Positions 1 through 10,984 of a DNA stretch of 64,000 nt are shown piece after piece (position 1 is the stretch's first letter; each line of letters starts with the position of its first letter). The position numbers and the translations under genes were made by a program. The DNA is taken from the NCBI GenBank assembly GCA_000002445.1, contig CH464491.1, forward strand, positions 480,001-544,000. The letters run 5' to 3'. The notes under the pieces were generated by a model. That model was not told where the DNA came from and did not search any database. It saw nothing but the letters and a program-made list of their open reading frames with translations. The stretch comes from Trypanosoma brucei. Lineage: Eukaryota.

Positions 1-1139
1 CGCACGAAGTCGGAGGCGGCGATGAGGTCGTTTGCTTTCGCCTCCAACCCCGGGTCCGCATAAATTTCGAGCGATTTCACCACCTCCCCATGCAAGGAAA
101 CCACTACAATAGGAAATAGAGATAACCTGCTCGAAAGAGGAATCAATGTCATTTCAAGAGCCGAAAGAATCGGCGCTATCTTCTTCATACGATCCAAATA
201 GGCAACGCCCTGCGCAACAGGATTGGTGAACTCCGCCATCACGTCGTCCACCCACAACTTTTTTGCGCAAGCGGCGACAGCTTCGAATATTTTGGCCTCG
301 GTGATGAGCGGCTCCCCATCTGCAGAGTACAAGAAACCTTTATCCTCAGTTATCTCAACGGCGCACAACTGCACGCATTCCTCTAATTGCGTAAACTCGG
401 GTATGGACTGCACCACCGCCCCCATTCGCGGTGGATCCTTAAGCGCCTTTTGGATCGCAGCGGGCACTGAAGTTTCTCTAAAAAGTTTGTAGACACCTTC
501 AACAAACATCGTCTGCACTAACTCCAGCTTTTCAAAGTAGGGGTCAAACGAGTTTTGGTGTGCTTTGGGGTAGCTGTGCAATTCCTCTGTTACAGTCTGA
601 CGTATGAGCTGCAGCCGGCACAGCCGTTTGTACACGGCGGCGAACTGTCGCTGCTCCACAAGCCTGTACATGTCTGTGTAACGCAATTCGTTGAGTACTT
701 CAACCCATTCGATGACAGAAGTAACATTGCTTCGAAGATAATGCAGCTCACGTAGCTGTTTGTAGCTTCCCGAAGTCACATTCATCTGAGCAATGATACT
801 ACCCTGCTTGATAAAAAGCTCGCGGAGGTCCTGAATTCGCTCCCCACTTTCTTTCACAATCTGCACGGCTCTATGTCCCTCCAACATCTGTGAGGAGGCC
901 ATTGATTTAATTGCACGCCGGAGTTCCTGTGCTTCTGTCGTACAGGCACGTAGGAGTCGAGGTATAACTGCTTCCAAATCTTCCGCATGCGCCAACTCGT
1001 GGTTTATGGCTGTGTTGACCTCCTCCGCCAGGACCACGCGGTCAGTTTCGGAAAGATAAGGCCAAAGCTCCTCTGCAGTGTAAAATTGTGAAGAATCAAG
1101 CTCACCCAACGCAACATTAGACTGATGTGGGACCGGCAT
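1..1139 (-). CDS. Partial CDS with the N-terminal ~379 aa in window and the C-terminus beyond position 1. All-helical protein resembling CATCHR-family vesicle-tethering subunits (exocyst Sec6 / GARP Vps53-like).
   Basis: Reverse-strand reading frame open from the ATG at 1137-1139 to the window edge, translating to MPVPHQSNVALGELDSSQFYTAEELWPYLSETDRVV.... Coiled-coil N-terminus and helical-bundle character. Not in the ORF track because there is no stop inside the window. Family assignment is by pattern similarity only. Confidence 0.3.
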   Translation of the reverse strand, partial: MPVPHQSNVALGELDSSQFYTAEELWPYLSETDRVVLAEEVNTAINHELAHAEDLEAVIPRLLRACTTEAQELRRAIKSMASSQMLEGHRAVQIVKESGERIQDLRELFIKQGSIIAQMNVTSGSYKQLRELHYLRSNVTSVIEWVEVLNELRYTDMYRLVEQRQFAAVYKRLCRLQLIRQTVTEELHSYPKAHQNSFDPYFEKLELVQTMFVEGVYKLFRETSVPAAIQKALKDPPRMGAVVQSIPEFTQLEECVQLCAVEITEDKGFLYSADGEPLITEAKIFEAVAACAKKLWVDDVMAEFTNPVAQGVAYLDRMKKIAPILSALEMTLIPLSSRLSLFPIVVVSLHGEVVKSLEIYADPGLEAKANDLIAASDFV

Positions 1140-1705
1140 TAGTTCCTTACTTTATTTATTGGTTGCTCGGTTGGAAAAGTCCTACAAACCTGCAGCAACT
1201 GCGGCAGCCTTCACTACACGGAAAGGAAAAAAATAGGTGATATGTAGAAAACAAAAAGAAAAATACAGATACTATTTGATAGAACAGTTGCAAAGCTATG
1301 ATAATGATGCTATGGGACGTGAAGTTGCAAATACCTCCAATATAACGTGCACGTGCGAACGAACAAACCTGTACAGATTTCCGCAAAACAAAAAAAATGT
1401 TTTTTTTTTAAATACTGTAAACACAAATAATATGAAACGGAGGTAACGGGGAAAATGGTAGCCGCTTCTAAATGGGAAAAAATCCCTGCTGAAACATTTA
1501 CCACTCATCACAGACCCCCCCCCTCCACAATCTCGTTATCGACATATATCACTCACCCTCACGCTGAAATGGCCATGGGCCACACGTCAAACATCCAAAT
1601 CCTTTGAAATCACGGTACGAGGTCTTAGTACAACCCATGCACAATAAATGGAAAAAAAAAAGAAAATTCAAGCGCTTCATTCCCGGACACTACGCATCTC
1701 CGTGC

Positions 1706-2284
1706 TTATTCCTTCCCGACGGCTTGCCGGCGTTTTTCGTAGGCTTCCACGAGCGCATCCACCTTTTCATCCAGTGGCATATTATTTAGATCATTCTTTC
1801 GTGCCTCAATCGCCTCTGCCGAGGTTGGAAGAAGCTCAAACTTCCTGCGCTGGAGCGCCTCCACCTCGCGCGCATAGTCGGGGATTTTAAAGTTGTATTG
1901 CTCGTCCATCTTCCGCGTTTCCACAATGGCACTGTCAATGGTATTCACAACGTGACTTAAGTTACGAGCGTTGTGAATACCGAGCGCTGCTTTACCACCA
2001 AAATAGCCTCCTGCCAGCGAAATCCAACTCGCATAGCGCTGGAGCAGTGGCAAGCGCCCGCTCAGCGAAAGACAGATGGCCATCGTTGTTACCATGGAGC
2101 CACCCATATAACCGTAGTTCCAATACGCACTATCAGCAACAGCTTGGTATTGCTCCATAGACTTGAGCACACGCATCCGATTACCTTCAATGAACACATT
2201 AGCCGTGATAAGGGCTTGGGCATCTTTATCAGCGGGACTAATTTTTGTTGTCTGCTTCTGGAGACTAAGCTGTTGCGCCCACAT
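1706..2284 (-). CDS. Hypothetical small membrane protein (192 aa) with a glycine-zipper TM region (GGSMVTTMAICLSLSG / AGGYFGGKAALG) and a C-terminal coiled coil.
   Basis: ATG start verified at 2282-2284, same strand as neighbours, hydrophobic glycine-zipper segments. Confidence 0.45.
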   Translation of the reverse strand: MWAQQLSLQKQTTKISPADKDAQALITANVFIEGNRMRVLKSMEQYQAVADSAYWNYGYMGGSMVTTMAICLSLSGRLPLLQRYASWISLAGGYFGGKAALGIHNARNLSHVVNTIDSAIVETRKMDEQYNFKIPDYAREVEALQRRKFELLPTSAEAIEARKNDLNNMPLDEKVDALVEAYEKRRQAVGKE

Positions 2285-2828
2285 GTTTCTTTACTTCTTT
2301 AACCTGCACACCCTACAGGTGTTGTTGTTTACCACAGGGTGATAAGTATTTTATTGACGCTGGCGTGCACTGAAAAACAAAAGAGCTACAAGATGAGCCC
2401 CCGGTTGCGTGCTCACGTATCTTGCCTCCCCCCCCCCCTGCTGCTAGAAACGGTCACGCAGTCGTCCAGAGCTTACGTACGCACAGAACGTGATTAACGC
2501 TTATGGGCACACTGCAATGCTTCTTAAGTAGACAAATGAGGGCGCCCAACACACATTTAAAGTGTCAAAACAAAGGGAGGAAATATGGAAGTGAGGAAAA
2601 CAAAAAGGTGAGGCGACAAGGTTTGAAACGGCGAAACACAAATACAAGTGGACGCAATAGAGCGGATATTCGTTGCAGAATGTACAGCAGCGGCATGAGA
2701 CCCTTACGTGCAGAGGATGTGTGAAGTAATGAATCAAACTAAACCGGATTCTCCAAAACAACACCTTCGCTCAACCAACTCCCCTCCTCTGCGGTTCCTT
2801 GTGAAGGAACCAGATCAAGAAAACGATA

Positions 2829-5324
2829 CTACTCTGCCTCAACGGTTGTTTCACCCAGCATCCACGTTTGAAGCGGGTGATACGGCACTTGCGGGTGGTC
2901 GGGAGTATACACGCCAAGTGCACGCCAGTCATGTTTGAGTGCACCGCGACTAAATCCGGGAGCAAGATTTCGCGCGGTAACATGATACTTGTCAAAGAGT
3001 GGTTTGTCCCTTCGATACACGAAACGGGCACGTATGGGATTGTAGTACTGTAGGGTGCACTTACGGTCGCGTACCGGTGTCCTGAGTCGAACGTTATGAG
3101 TCACCAACCTCAGTTCCTTGCTGTGAAGTGAACTCAGTAAAGGCGCACCCTTGTCATAGAGGGAGCGGGATGAAACTAGTAGATTATGTCCACCTTTGAG
3201 AAAACGATAAGGGGTGCGCGCAGTGCAGTTACTGTGCATCAACGTATGAACCTTCACTAACGGCAACTCACGGGCCAAGAACGCGGCAACTGTCCAAAGC
3301 ATAAGGTCTTCATCACAATATGCACCGGCATCATGTAAAAGTATCTCCTCGCTAAACGGAAGGAGAACAGCGCGACCCTTCTCCAACTCGTAGCTGACTA
3401 TCTCGAGGGCGCGGGCGCATGCAATACGTTCCTTCATGCTGGGGCTCGTAAGGGATTTCACTGAAAGTGCTCGCAGGCACGACATGGTGACAATCAAACT
3501 GTCCTTCCCGCTAGGCAGGCGCCGCACGGCGGACACGAGCTGATCGGTCGATGTTGCCATTAGGGACGAGTGTAAAATAAACACAGAGTCAATGCTATTC
3601 AAATACTCTAGCTGAGAGAGCATTGTCATGAGCGGGCGCTTCAGTTTAGGAGCGGTGGCAATCGCTCCACTGTTCCCGGGGAGCGATGAGGTCAAAGGGT
3701 TCAAAGCATTTCTCTCGTTGCTCATAAGCATCTGTACCTGCACATCACGTAACGACGAAGGAATGCGCGAGGTAATCACAGACTGTTCCACACGCAGGCG
3801 ATCGGCCACAAGAGAGCAGTGAAGAAAGGAATTCAAAATGCGGTAGTCAAACAAATTCTGTGTGGCAAACGTATGAGCCACCCCTTTGTCAACCAACGAA
3901 AGGAGAAACTCAGAGCCACTCTCTAGTAGGCCTAAAAGGGTAACTTTATCAGCCTTCACAGAAGCATTGTCAATGGCCTCCTGCAACAAACAGAGCGCTC
4001 TCTTCTTTGTGGGAGTATCCTTAGTGCGGGAAACAGCGGCAAAGAAGTCTGGACCACGGGGAGACGCTGTATCCGACAAAAGGAGCTGCAGAATTTCGTT
4101 GTTACCCGCGTCGCACAACACAGTTACGAGATACATGCGCTCCACGATGGCCCAGTCATGCGCACCCCACGACCCCGAAATGTCATTGCGCACGCGGCGA
4201 AGAAAGGCGTCTGTTATGGTCTTAAAAACATCACCAACAGCCTTTCCGCCGGGCATCACCCCACAAAACCCACTGAGGAGGTCAACCATTTGCTCCCTAG
4301 TACACAAATCAAGCATTGTAGGGATCCGGCCGTCATCCTCCACTCGCAATAGTTCCACCATGAAATCATAAAGCTCCTCCCCGGTTCCCCAGAACGCTGT
4401 GGAGTGGTTAACCCCTATCGCATGTCTGTAATCAGCCCGATTGGAAGGGGCATGATCGGAAAACGTGAACCATTTATTTGGTTCAAACACTTTAATAAGT
4501 GCCATGAACTGAAGTACCTGGATGAACAATGCTGGACTAGCAGACAGTCGCCACGGTTGCTCCCGCACCAACGCTATTGTTGTCGCGTCCACCAGGTTGA
4601 CGTAGGCAGGAAGTAGAGAATTGGGGACGTAGTACGGCCTGCCAAACTTGGAAACCTTCACGGTTAGGAAATTAAGTCCCCGTCCGTCCACAGAAAAAGG
4701 GGCACTAATGGCTGTGAACATCCGTAACAGCTCCTCATCGCTGCGGAAGGACACAGTGGAAGCCATGTCCGCTAGAGCCGCCACCCGCGATTCTATTTGC
4801 GGACGATCTTCAAACTGGGCCACAAGCTCCTCAATAGAACGCGTGCAATGCAGACGATCTATCAAAGGGTAATCTCTTGATACTACGTAGCCCCTCATCT
4901 CCTCCTCATGAGAACATGGACTCATCGTTTGTGATGGAAACCTTGAATCCGCTGCCGGGGTTGTAACATCCTCGGTGTGTCTCTCTGTGATAGCTATTGC
5001 CATGTTACCGTCCCCTTTGCCACTGGTGGCAAATTGATTCTCTTCTTGTAAGGTTTCCTGCAGCAAAACCTCAGTAGCGGCCAACCTACTCCCACGCCGC
5101 CGCTCCTTCGCCGCCTCAATGTCGGGAATGTTCCGCAACCTTACGGGCCCGTACTCCAAGCTTTCGTCGAACTTCGGCAGAGGAAAGGGAGTAAAGTTGT
5201 CTTCCAGATGTTTGGGCTGCATGCTCTCCGGTATTGGTCTATAGCGCACGGTGTTGTGTCCTGAGTCCCGCTCGAACCGCAAACGCAGCGCCACGCTCGA
5301 CGTGAGGGCAAAGCGTCGTAACAT
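2829..5324 (-). CDS. Large conserved hypothetical protein (831 aa). The N-terminus MLRRFALTSSVALRLRF resembles a mitochondrial presequence and the body is helical-repeat-like.
   Basis: Long uninterrupted ORF with ATG at 5322-5324 and an arginine-rich amphipathic N-terminus. No recognisable catalytic motif. Confidence 0.6.
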   Translation of the reverse strand: MLRRFALTSSVALRLRFERDSGHNTVRYRPIPESMQPKHLEDNFTPFPLPKFDESLEYGPVRLRNIPDIEAAKERRRGSRLAATEVLLQETLQEENQFATSGKGDGNMAIAITERHTEDVTTPAADSRFPSQTMSPCSHEEEMRGYVVSRDYPLIDRLHCTRSIEELVAQFEDRPQIESRVAALADMASTVSFRSDEELLRMFTAISAPFSVDGRGLNFLTVKVSKFGRPYYVPNSLLPAYVNLVDATTIALVREQPWRLSASPALFIQVLQFMALIKVFEPNKWFTFSDHAPSNRADYRHAIGVNHSTAFWGTGEELYDFMVELLRVEDDGRIPTMLDLCTREQMVDLLSGFCGVMPGGKAVGDVFKTITDAFLRRVRNDISGSWGAHDWAIVERMYLVTVLCDAGNNEILQLLLSDTASPRGPDFFAAVSRTKDTPTKKRALCLLQEAIDNASVKADKVTLLGLLESGSEFLLSLVDKGVAHTFATQNLFDYRILNSFLHCSLVADRLRVEQSVITSRIPSSLRDVQVQMLMSNERNALNPLTSSLPGNSGAIATAPKLKRPLMTMLSQLEYLNSIDSVFILHSSLMATSTDQLVSAVRRLPSGKDSLIVTMSCLRALSVKSLTSPSMKERIACARALEIVSYELEKGRAVLLPFSEEILLHDAGAYCDEDLMLWTVAAFLARELPLVKVHTLMHSNCTARTPYRFLKGGHNLLVSSRSLYDKGAPLLSSLHSKELRLVTHNVRLRTPVRDRKCTLQYYNPIRARFVYRRDKPLFDKYHVTARNLAPGFSRGALKHDWRALGVYTPDHPQVPYHPLQTWMLGETTVEAE

Positions 5325-5982
5325 CGTTCTTCTCCTACTTTCCTTTTTATCGCTTTACTTCTCACCTTCTTCTTCACCCCTTCTCACCAGCCACACACTC
5401 TTTCACCTGTAAATAGAGAAAAAAATGTTTGGCCGCCTTCACTTAAGGAATCGCAGTCCCCACCAAAACGCACAAACAAGGTTTGAAGAGGCAACAACAG
5501 CAGTAAATGCAACAGCAACAGCAACAGCTCGTACATATTGAAACGAAGACATATAAAGCTTAGGCAAAGAAGAAGCGATAAGCGAAACTAGGAATAGGAA
5601 CGCAGAAACGAGAACACGCGAATCGTACCGCGACTGCCTTCTTATACAGGCTTTTTTTTTTTGAATACAATCCCTCCGGGTGGGAAAGGGAAGGGAATAT
5701 GGAATATGGGCAAGCACACGCGTCATCCACCCCTTTGGGAACCTTTTACCTTCTCATTCCCAACACGCATAGGCACTCGTAGCGGAGCCCGAGGGTGAAA
5801 CGTGTGCACCCTCTAACTCAGTGCAAACACCCTGCACACACCTCAAAAAAGGTCCGCCATTTTAAAAAAACAAAAGCAAACAGAAGCGTCAACGACAACG
5901 ACAACACGAATTCGCATAAACTCAAATGGCCATAAATGAACACACCGCGGCGGTGGCACTGGGAAAGTGCGGTGCAGTGCGC

Positions 5983-7122
5983 CTACGACAACCTGCGGTA
6001 TAATACAACAAGGGCAAGTAATGCAACAGCAACAATCACCCGGTTCCCCAGCAAGCCGCCAAGGAACACTCTGAAAAACGGTAGCAAATCTTTTGAGTTC
6101 GCTTCCGGACCGTCCCCCGCACCCAAATAAAACCCTGTCTTCGTGAGGGTAAATTTTTGACCCTGACGATGCTTTGGTGTCCGCTCCTTTTTTTTGCTAC
6201 TGGCATTCCCGACTCCAGTTTGAGGGCCAGTAGTCACCTTCTTGTGATCATGCACATGTCGCTCAAACCATTCAACCTCCTCCTTAATTAAACGCACTAA
6301 ATTTGCCTCATACGCCACATGCTCCTCCAAAAGGAATTTGATGTCCTCCACTGGCCCGGGGTACAAAATTCGACTGTGCAGCTGCTTTATACTTCCATCG
6401 CACAACTCAGCTAACTCCTCCACATGCAATTTAGCCTCCTTCAAGGCAGCGGCAGACCGCTGGCTGTCGGATCCCATGAGTTTTCGTGCTTCGTTTGCCG
6501 CCATGAGGTGCTGGTCCACGAGAGAGGCAGTGAATAACAGACTTTGTCGGTTGTCGTGTTCAATCACCTTAGCCGCATACTGCGCCTGCTTTGCAGACAG
6601 CATGAGAAAAAACATAAAGCACAAAAAAAAGAACAGGAATATCAGTATGCCCGTAACATGCCACTTCTGACAAACACCAAACACTGTTCCAGGTATGGAA
6701 TTTGCAACCCGCAGAAATGCATCACCACAAGCCGCTAGTTTACCCATAAAACTCGATGAGTCCTCCTCCTCGCCCACATCGCTATCACCTTCAGGCTGTT
6801 CAGCAGCCGTAACAAGCTGCCTCATTCCGTTTCTTCCATCAGAAGAGCCTTCCTTCTCGCTTTCGCTATCGTCTGTACGCACGTATAGTGTCTTCGTACC
6901 ACCACCACGTCTGCGCCGCTGCACACGTGGGGGACTTTGGTACTGTTGGTTGTACCCCGATTGCGGCAGAACCCGGGGGGTTGGATCCGTAAACGTTAGC
7001 GGGGCCTTGACGTACAATACCTCACGCTCGCCCTGGTTATTGTCAACGATATCATTTGTTCGGGGTCGCCTGGAAACCGCCTCTACGGGGGCATCACGCA
7101 AAGAGTTGCGCTGTCCACTCAT
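5983..7122 (-). CDS. Hypothetical protein with one central TM helix (ILIFLFFFLCFMFFLML), a coiled-coil N-terminal half and an acidic Ser-rich segment.
   Basis: The ORF-track start at 7131 is a GTG. The first ATG is at 7120-7122 (MSGQRNSLRD...). Confidence 0.5.
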   Translation of the reverse strand: MSGQRNSLRDAPVEAVSRRPRTNDIVDNNQGEREVLYVKAPLTFTDPTPRVLPQSGYNQQYQSPPRVQRRRRGGGTKTLYVRTDDSESEKEGSSDGRNGMRQLVTAAEQPEGDSDVGEEEDSSSFMGKLAACGDAFLRVANSIPGTVFGVCQKWHVTGILIFLFFFLCFMFFLMLSAKQAQYAAKVIEHDNRQSLLFTASLVDQHLMAANEARKLMGSDSQRSAAALKEAKLHVEELAELCDGSIKQLHSRILYPGPVEDIKFLLEEHVAYEANLVRLIKEEVEWFERHVHDHKKVTTGPQTGVGNASSKKKERTPKHRQGQKFTLTKTGFYLGAGDGPEANSKDLLPFFRVFLGGLLGNRVIVAVALLALVVLYRRLS

Positions 7123-7900
7123 TTCTAACACGCTGCACCTTTGCTCTCGACCCCTTTACGTCACCTTGCGTTCACACGCTCTTGAGTGACTTCTTCTCCG
7201 CTTTACCCTTTTCCCTACAATTCTTATCCCTTCTTCTGTCCGTTTCGTACCGGCCGTGCCGGCAACCTCACTGCCGCAAAACGTACGACACCGTACGTGC
7301 ACCGTTACAACTGGTGCGGTCCAGTCGGACTGCGGACACTTAACAGGAAAAAAAAAGGAAACAAAAGAAAAAAGGGAGAGTTGAGGGAACATTCACTTTA
7401 CTTACGTGAAGAAACAAGTTTAGACAAAAGAATATATATATGCATATACGTGCATACGCCAAGGTATTATTGAACTTCCACTTAACACCAAACAGATGAA
7501 GGGGCCAAGCGTGCCTTTACACGAAATCATAAAAAGCTTATTTCAGAAGCCGATACGACTATGAAATGATAAAAAGCTTATGAATGTAAGGACGGCAAGC
7601 ACTTCGCCGAGGTGGTCCAAAACAATTCGAAGTGGCCATATTATTTGTATTCCCGTCCGTGCGTTATATGTATGTCTCCTCCCATGTTCCATTACAACTA
7701 ACGGAGTATCAATAGCGGAAGGTACTCATTCCTTAACAACACACCCCCAGACGCCTGAATTCCCACTTGTGCGATACAAAATATAAACTACGTTCATCAG
7801 GCAACAAAAAAAGAAAAGGAACAAAGGATCCGAGACGCGTGTGGTGGAGGGCCCACAACGTGCAATGTACCAACAACGACGTGCAGTGAACGCCCCGCTG

Positions 7901-8308
7901 TCATTCCTCACACTCTTCCTCTAAAAGACGCTGCGCGCGACGCCGAGCACGGTGAGCAGCGTCAATAAGCGGCTTGTAGCCGATGTCGACAACTTGGCCA
8001 TGTTCATTCCGCACGTACGTATATTGCGCGGCCCTTTGTGCGATATCTGAGTCCGAGTCGCGAAAATACATTACGTAAACCAAATAACTTGAAAAGGAGA
8101 GAGCACTACCAAGCCATATGCCCTGCAGCAACTTCCAGCGCCAGCCATACTGCCAGGCTGGGGGAAGATATGGTCGGAGTTGACGGAAAAAATAACCCCC
8201 TGCACTTTTCGGCAGATCAGGCATGCGTGAACGAGTCATTTGTTGCCCTTTTCGCCGGCGTCGCTCAACCTTCGGCAGTGCTGCCCAAAAAGTCGAACAC
8301 CGGAGCAT
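7901..8308 (-). CDS. Small hypothetical protein (~135 aa) with one predicted TM segment.
   Basis: The ORF-track start at 8317 is TTG. The first ATG is at 8306-8308. Orientation matches the PTU, but there is no family signature. Confidence 0.3.
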   Translation of the reverse strand: MLRCSTFWAALPKVERRRRKGQQMTRSRMPDLPKSAGGYFFRQLRPYLPPAWQYGWRWKLLQGIWLGSALSFSSYLVYVMYFRDSDSDIAQRAAQYTYVRNEHGQVVDIGYKPLIDAAHRARRRAQRLLEEECEE

Positions 8309-8995
8309 GGTGTGCAACTCCGATAGAGAAATATACGCGTGAATTCTCAGATGCCTGAAGAAAAAACGGAGGTGTGTTCCCCTCCTACAGTCTTAACAGA
8401 GTACCACGGGGAGTAGAGGAACAGAAACCAAGGTGTACGCAAGTTTTCTCTTTCGGCAAAACGGTACCTCTCACCTAATCCCCCATGCATTAACAGACGG
8501 CAAAGAGGGGCAAGATATGTTACCTCCTCTCACAGCGCCTTCTCAACTAACGGCGAGACAGGGAAACAATCAACGGATGAAAAGGGGTCGGGAAAAATTG
8601 ATGGTGCAGAAATTCTTGGAAACCCTGGTTGTGTTGGCACAGCGTCGAAGATCAACAGTGCTAGATGGAACGACAAAGGAGCAAGCAATCAACGCCCTCT
8701 TTAATATACTTAACCCTAACACGTAATGCGGAAAGGGGTGATTCCAGCGAGAGTGAATGGATACGCGGCACTTTCCCCCACCTCCCCCCCCCCTCTTCCC
8801 CTGACCAGCGTTTGTAAAAAATGGAATGGTAACTTTAGCGGAACTTGTGATTTGCAACTCTCTGGGGCATAAGAGGATGAGATAACTACCGGGGGACACG
8901 CCACCCACTTCATAAACCAGAGCTACCGCCTAATCTTCCCCATCCGGTCTCTTCGTTAAACCATCATGAGGAAGAATAGCGCCTTCTCATAATTT

Positions 8996-10984
8996 TCAGC
9001 AAGGGCCCTTCGCATCTCGGGCCAGCTGCTTGTGCAGTATTTCATAATCCATTCTGTCCTTTGCTGAAACAGATGGCTTGACTTTAGACATGCTGACTTC
9101 GAAGTCCTCCATGGTAACGGAGGGCAGCTGCGCATTCGCCACTGCCTCACCACTGGCGTCTCGTTCCATTTGCTCCAGCATCTCCTCGGTGGCGCCACGG
9201 TAGATATTCTTTAGCGCATGCAAGGAGGCCTCCCGCATAAGTGCGGCCAAGTCGGCACCACTAAACCCCTGGAGGCGCTCATCGCGGGCAATACTCGGGA
9301 GATCCACCGACGCGTCAATTGGATAACGGCGTGCATGTGTTTCTAGAATAGAGGCACGCTGCTCCACGGAGGGAAGTGGAACATACAGCATTTTGTCCAG
9401 GCGCCCAGGACGAAGCATAGCCGGATCAATCATATCTGGACGGTTAGTAGCCCCAATGACATACACACTTTCACGTCCCTCCACACCATCCATTTCTGTC
9501 AGCAACTGGTTTACAACGCGCTCACTGCTTGGGTTTGCCCGATCGGAGCCGCGCCGTGGAGCGAGGGCATCCAGCTCATCAAAGAAGAGAACACAAGGAG
9601 CACTTGCACGACCACGAGCAAAAACCATGCGCACACTCCGCTCACTCTCACCAACAAATTTATTCAGCAACTCAGGTCCTTTAATGGATATAAAATTGGC
9701 GCCTGACTGGTTGGCTATAGCCTTTGCCACCAGTGTTTTGCCACAACCTGGCGGGCCGTAGAGCAGCACACCAACTGGATGATCCAACCCAAACCGTCGG
9801 TGAAGCTTTGGCGACCGAATTGGCTGGAGAATGCTGGTGATAAGCTCTTCGCGAACATCCTCAAGAGCACCAATATCATCCCATGTTACGTTGGGGATCG
9901 TCGTGAAGCCCTCCCTCATTGCGCTTGGCTGCACGCGCTTGACGGCCTCCTTCATATTGTCACGTGTCACGACAAAAGACACGAGTTCCTCGGCGTTGGG
10001 ATCGTCCAGTTTATTCTTTTCCTCCAGTTCGTTGTGCTTCTGCCGGATTGCAAGAATGCATGCCTCTTTGACCAGCAGGTGAAGATCTGCACCAACGTAA
10101 CCGGGTGTCATGTTCGCCAGTTCGAAAAAGTCCACGTCCTCTGCCAAATGAAGCTTCTGACAAATTATTTTTAAGATACTGTGCCGTTCGTCGATGGTGG
10201 GGATGCCAAGAGAGATTTCACGATCGAAACGTCCCGCACGGCGCAAGGCGGTATCAAGTGCCTCTGGACGATTCGTAGCCCCCATTACACAAACAACTTT
10301 GTTATGTTGCCGCCACGCCTGGGCAACCTGATCCATGCATGTCAGAAGTTGTCCGACGATGCGGCTTTCCATACCCCGCTGCGCTTGATCGCGACGACCT
10401 GCAATGGTGTCAACCTCATCAATGAATACAATGCTTGGAGCCGCGCTTATGGCATCTAGAAAAAGGTTACGCAGTTTGGCCTCGCTATCACCGCTGATGC
10501 CAGAGACAATTTCGGGAGCGGACACGAAAAAGAGTGGGACTTGCAGGGACCCTGAAATGGCATGCACAAGCTTCGTTTTCCCGCACCCCGGTGGTCCATG
10601 GAGCAGCACACCGCAGGGCGGATCGGCGCCTAAGCGGCTGAATAAATGGGGAGAGCGGATGGGCAATTCAATTAGTTCTTTAATTATTGGAATTTCTCTT
10701 GCAAGCCCGCCCATGTCATCGAGGGTAATACCCGGGATGACGCCGAGCCTTTCGGGTGTGTCTTCCTCACCTCCATCATCGTCTTGTTTGGTTTCCGCAC
10801 GTTTCCGTTTCCTGGAACCCTCCAATCCGTTATCGTCACCACCATTTCTTCGACTACGTTCTGTGAAGTTGCTCTTTTCCCCGCGATCCCTTTCATGGAT
10901 GCCATTTCCCCGTTGAGAAGAGCCATGGAAATACCGGTCGCTTTGCCGTCTCTTCTGCCTGAGCCGCCGCATCTGGTCAGACAT
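8996..10984 (-). CDS. Type II AAA+ ATPase with two complete AAA domains and a short basic N-terminus. It looks like a nuclear VCP-like (NVL/Rix7-like) ribosome-biogenesis ATPase.
   Basis: Two Walker A motifs (GVLLHGPPGCGKT and GVLLYGPPGCGKT), Walker B DE boxes and second-region-of-homology arginines. The N-terminal KR-rich, NLS-like stretch lacks a CDC48-type N domain. Start chosen at the internal ATG (MSDQMRRLRQKRRQ) because the upstream part of the ORF is hydrophobic junk. Confidence 0.65.
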   Translation of the reverse strand: MSDQMRRLRQKRRQSDRYFHGSSQRGNGIHERDRGEKSNFTERSRRNGGDDNGLEGSRKRKRAETKQDDDGGEEDTPERLGVIPGITLDDMGGLAREIPIIKELIELPIRSPHLFSRLGADPPCGVLLHGPPGCGKTKLVHAISGSLQVPLFFVSAPEIVSGISGDSEAKLRNLFLDAISAAPSIVFIDEVDTIAGRRDQAQRGMESRIVGQLLTCMDQVAQAWRQHNKVVCVMGATNRPEALDTALRRAGRFDREISLGIPTIDERHSILKIICQKLHLAEDVDFFELANMTPGYVGADLHLLVKEACILAIRQKHNELEEKNKLDDPNAEELVSFVVTRDNMKEAVKRVQPSAMREGFTTIPNVTWDDIGALEDVREELITSILQPIRSPKLHRRFGLDHPVGVLLYGPPGCGKTLVAKAIANQSGANFISIKGPELLNKFVGESERSVRMVFARGRASAPCVLFFDELDALAPRRGSDRANPSSERVVNQLLTEMDGVEGRESVYVIGATNRPDMIDPAMLRPGRLDKMLYVPLPSVEQRASILETHARRYPIDASVDLPSIARDERLQGFSGADLAALMREASLHALKNIYRGATEEMLEQMERDASGEAVANAQLPSVTMEDFEVSMSKVKPSVSAKDRMDYEILHKQLARDAKGPC

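Noticed and set aside
7131-7131. ORF-track starts annotated as M at 7131, 8317, 17583, 33155, 40029 and 57559.
   Set aside because: The underlying codons are GTG/TTG. The track applies bacterial alternative starts, so I moved those starts to the first in-frame ATG because the organism is eukaryotic.
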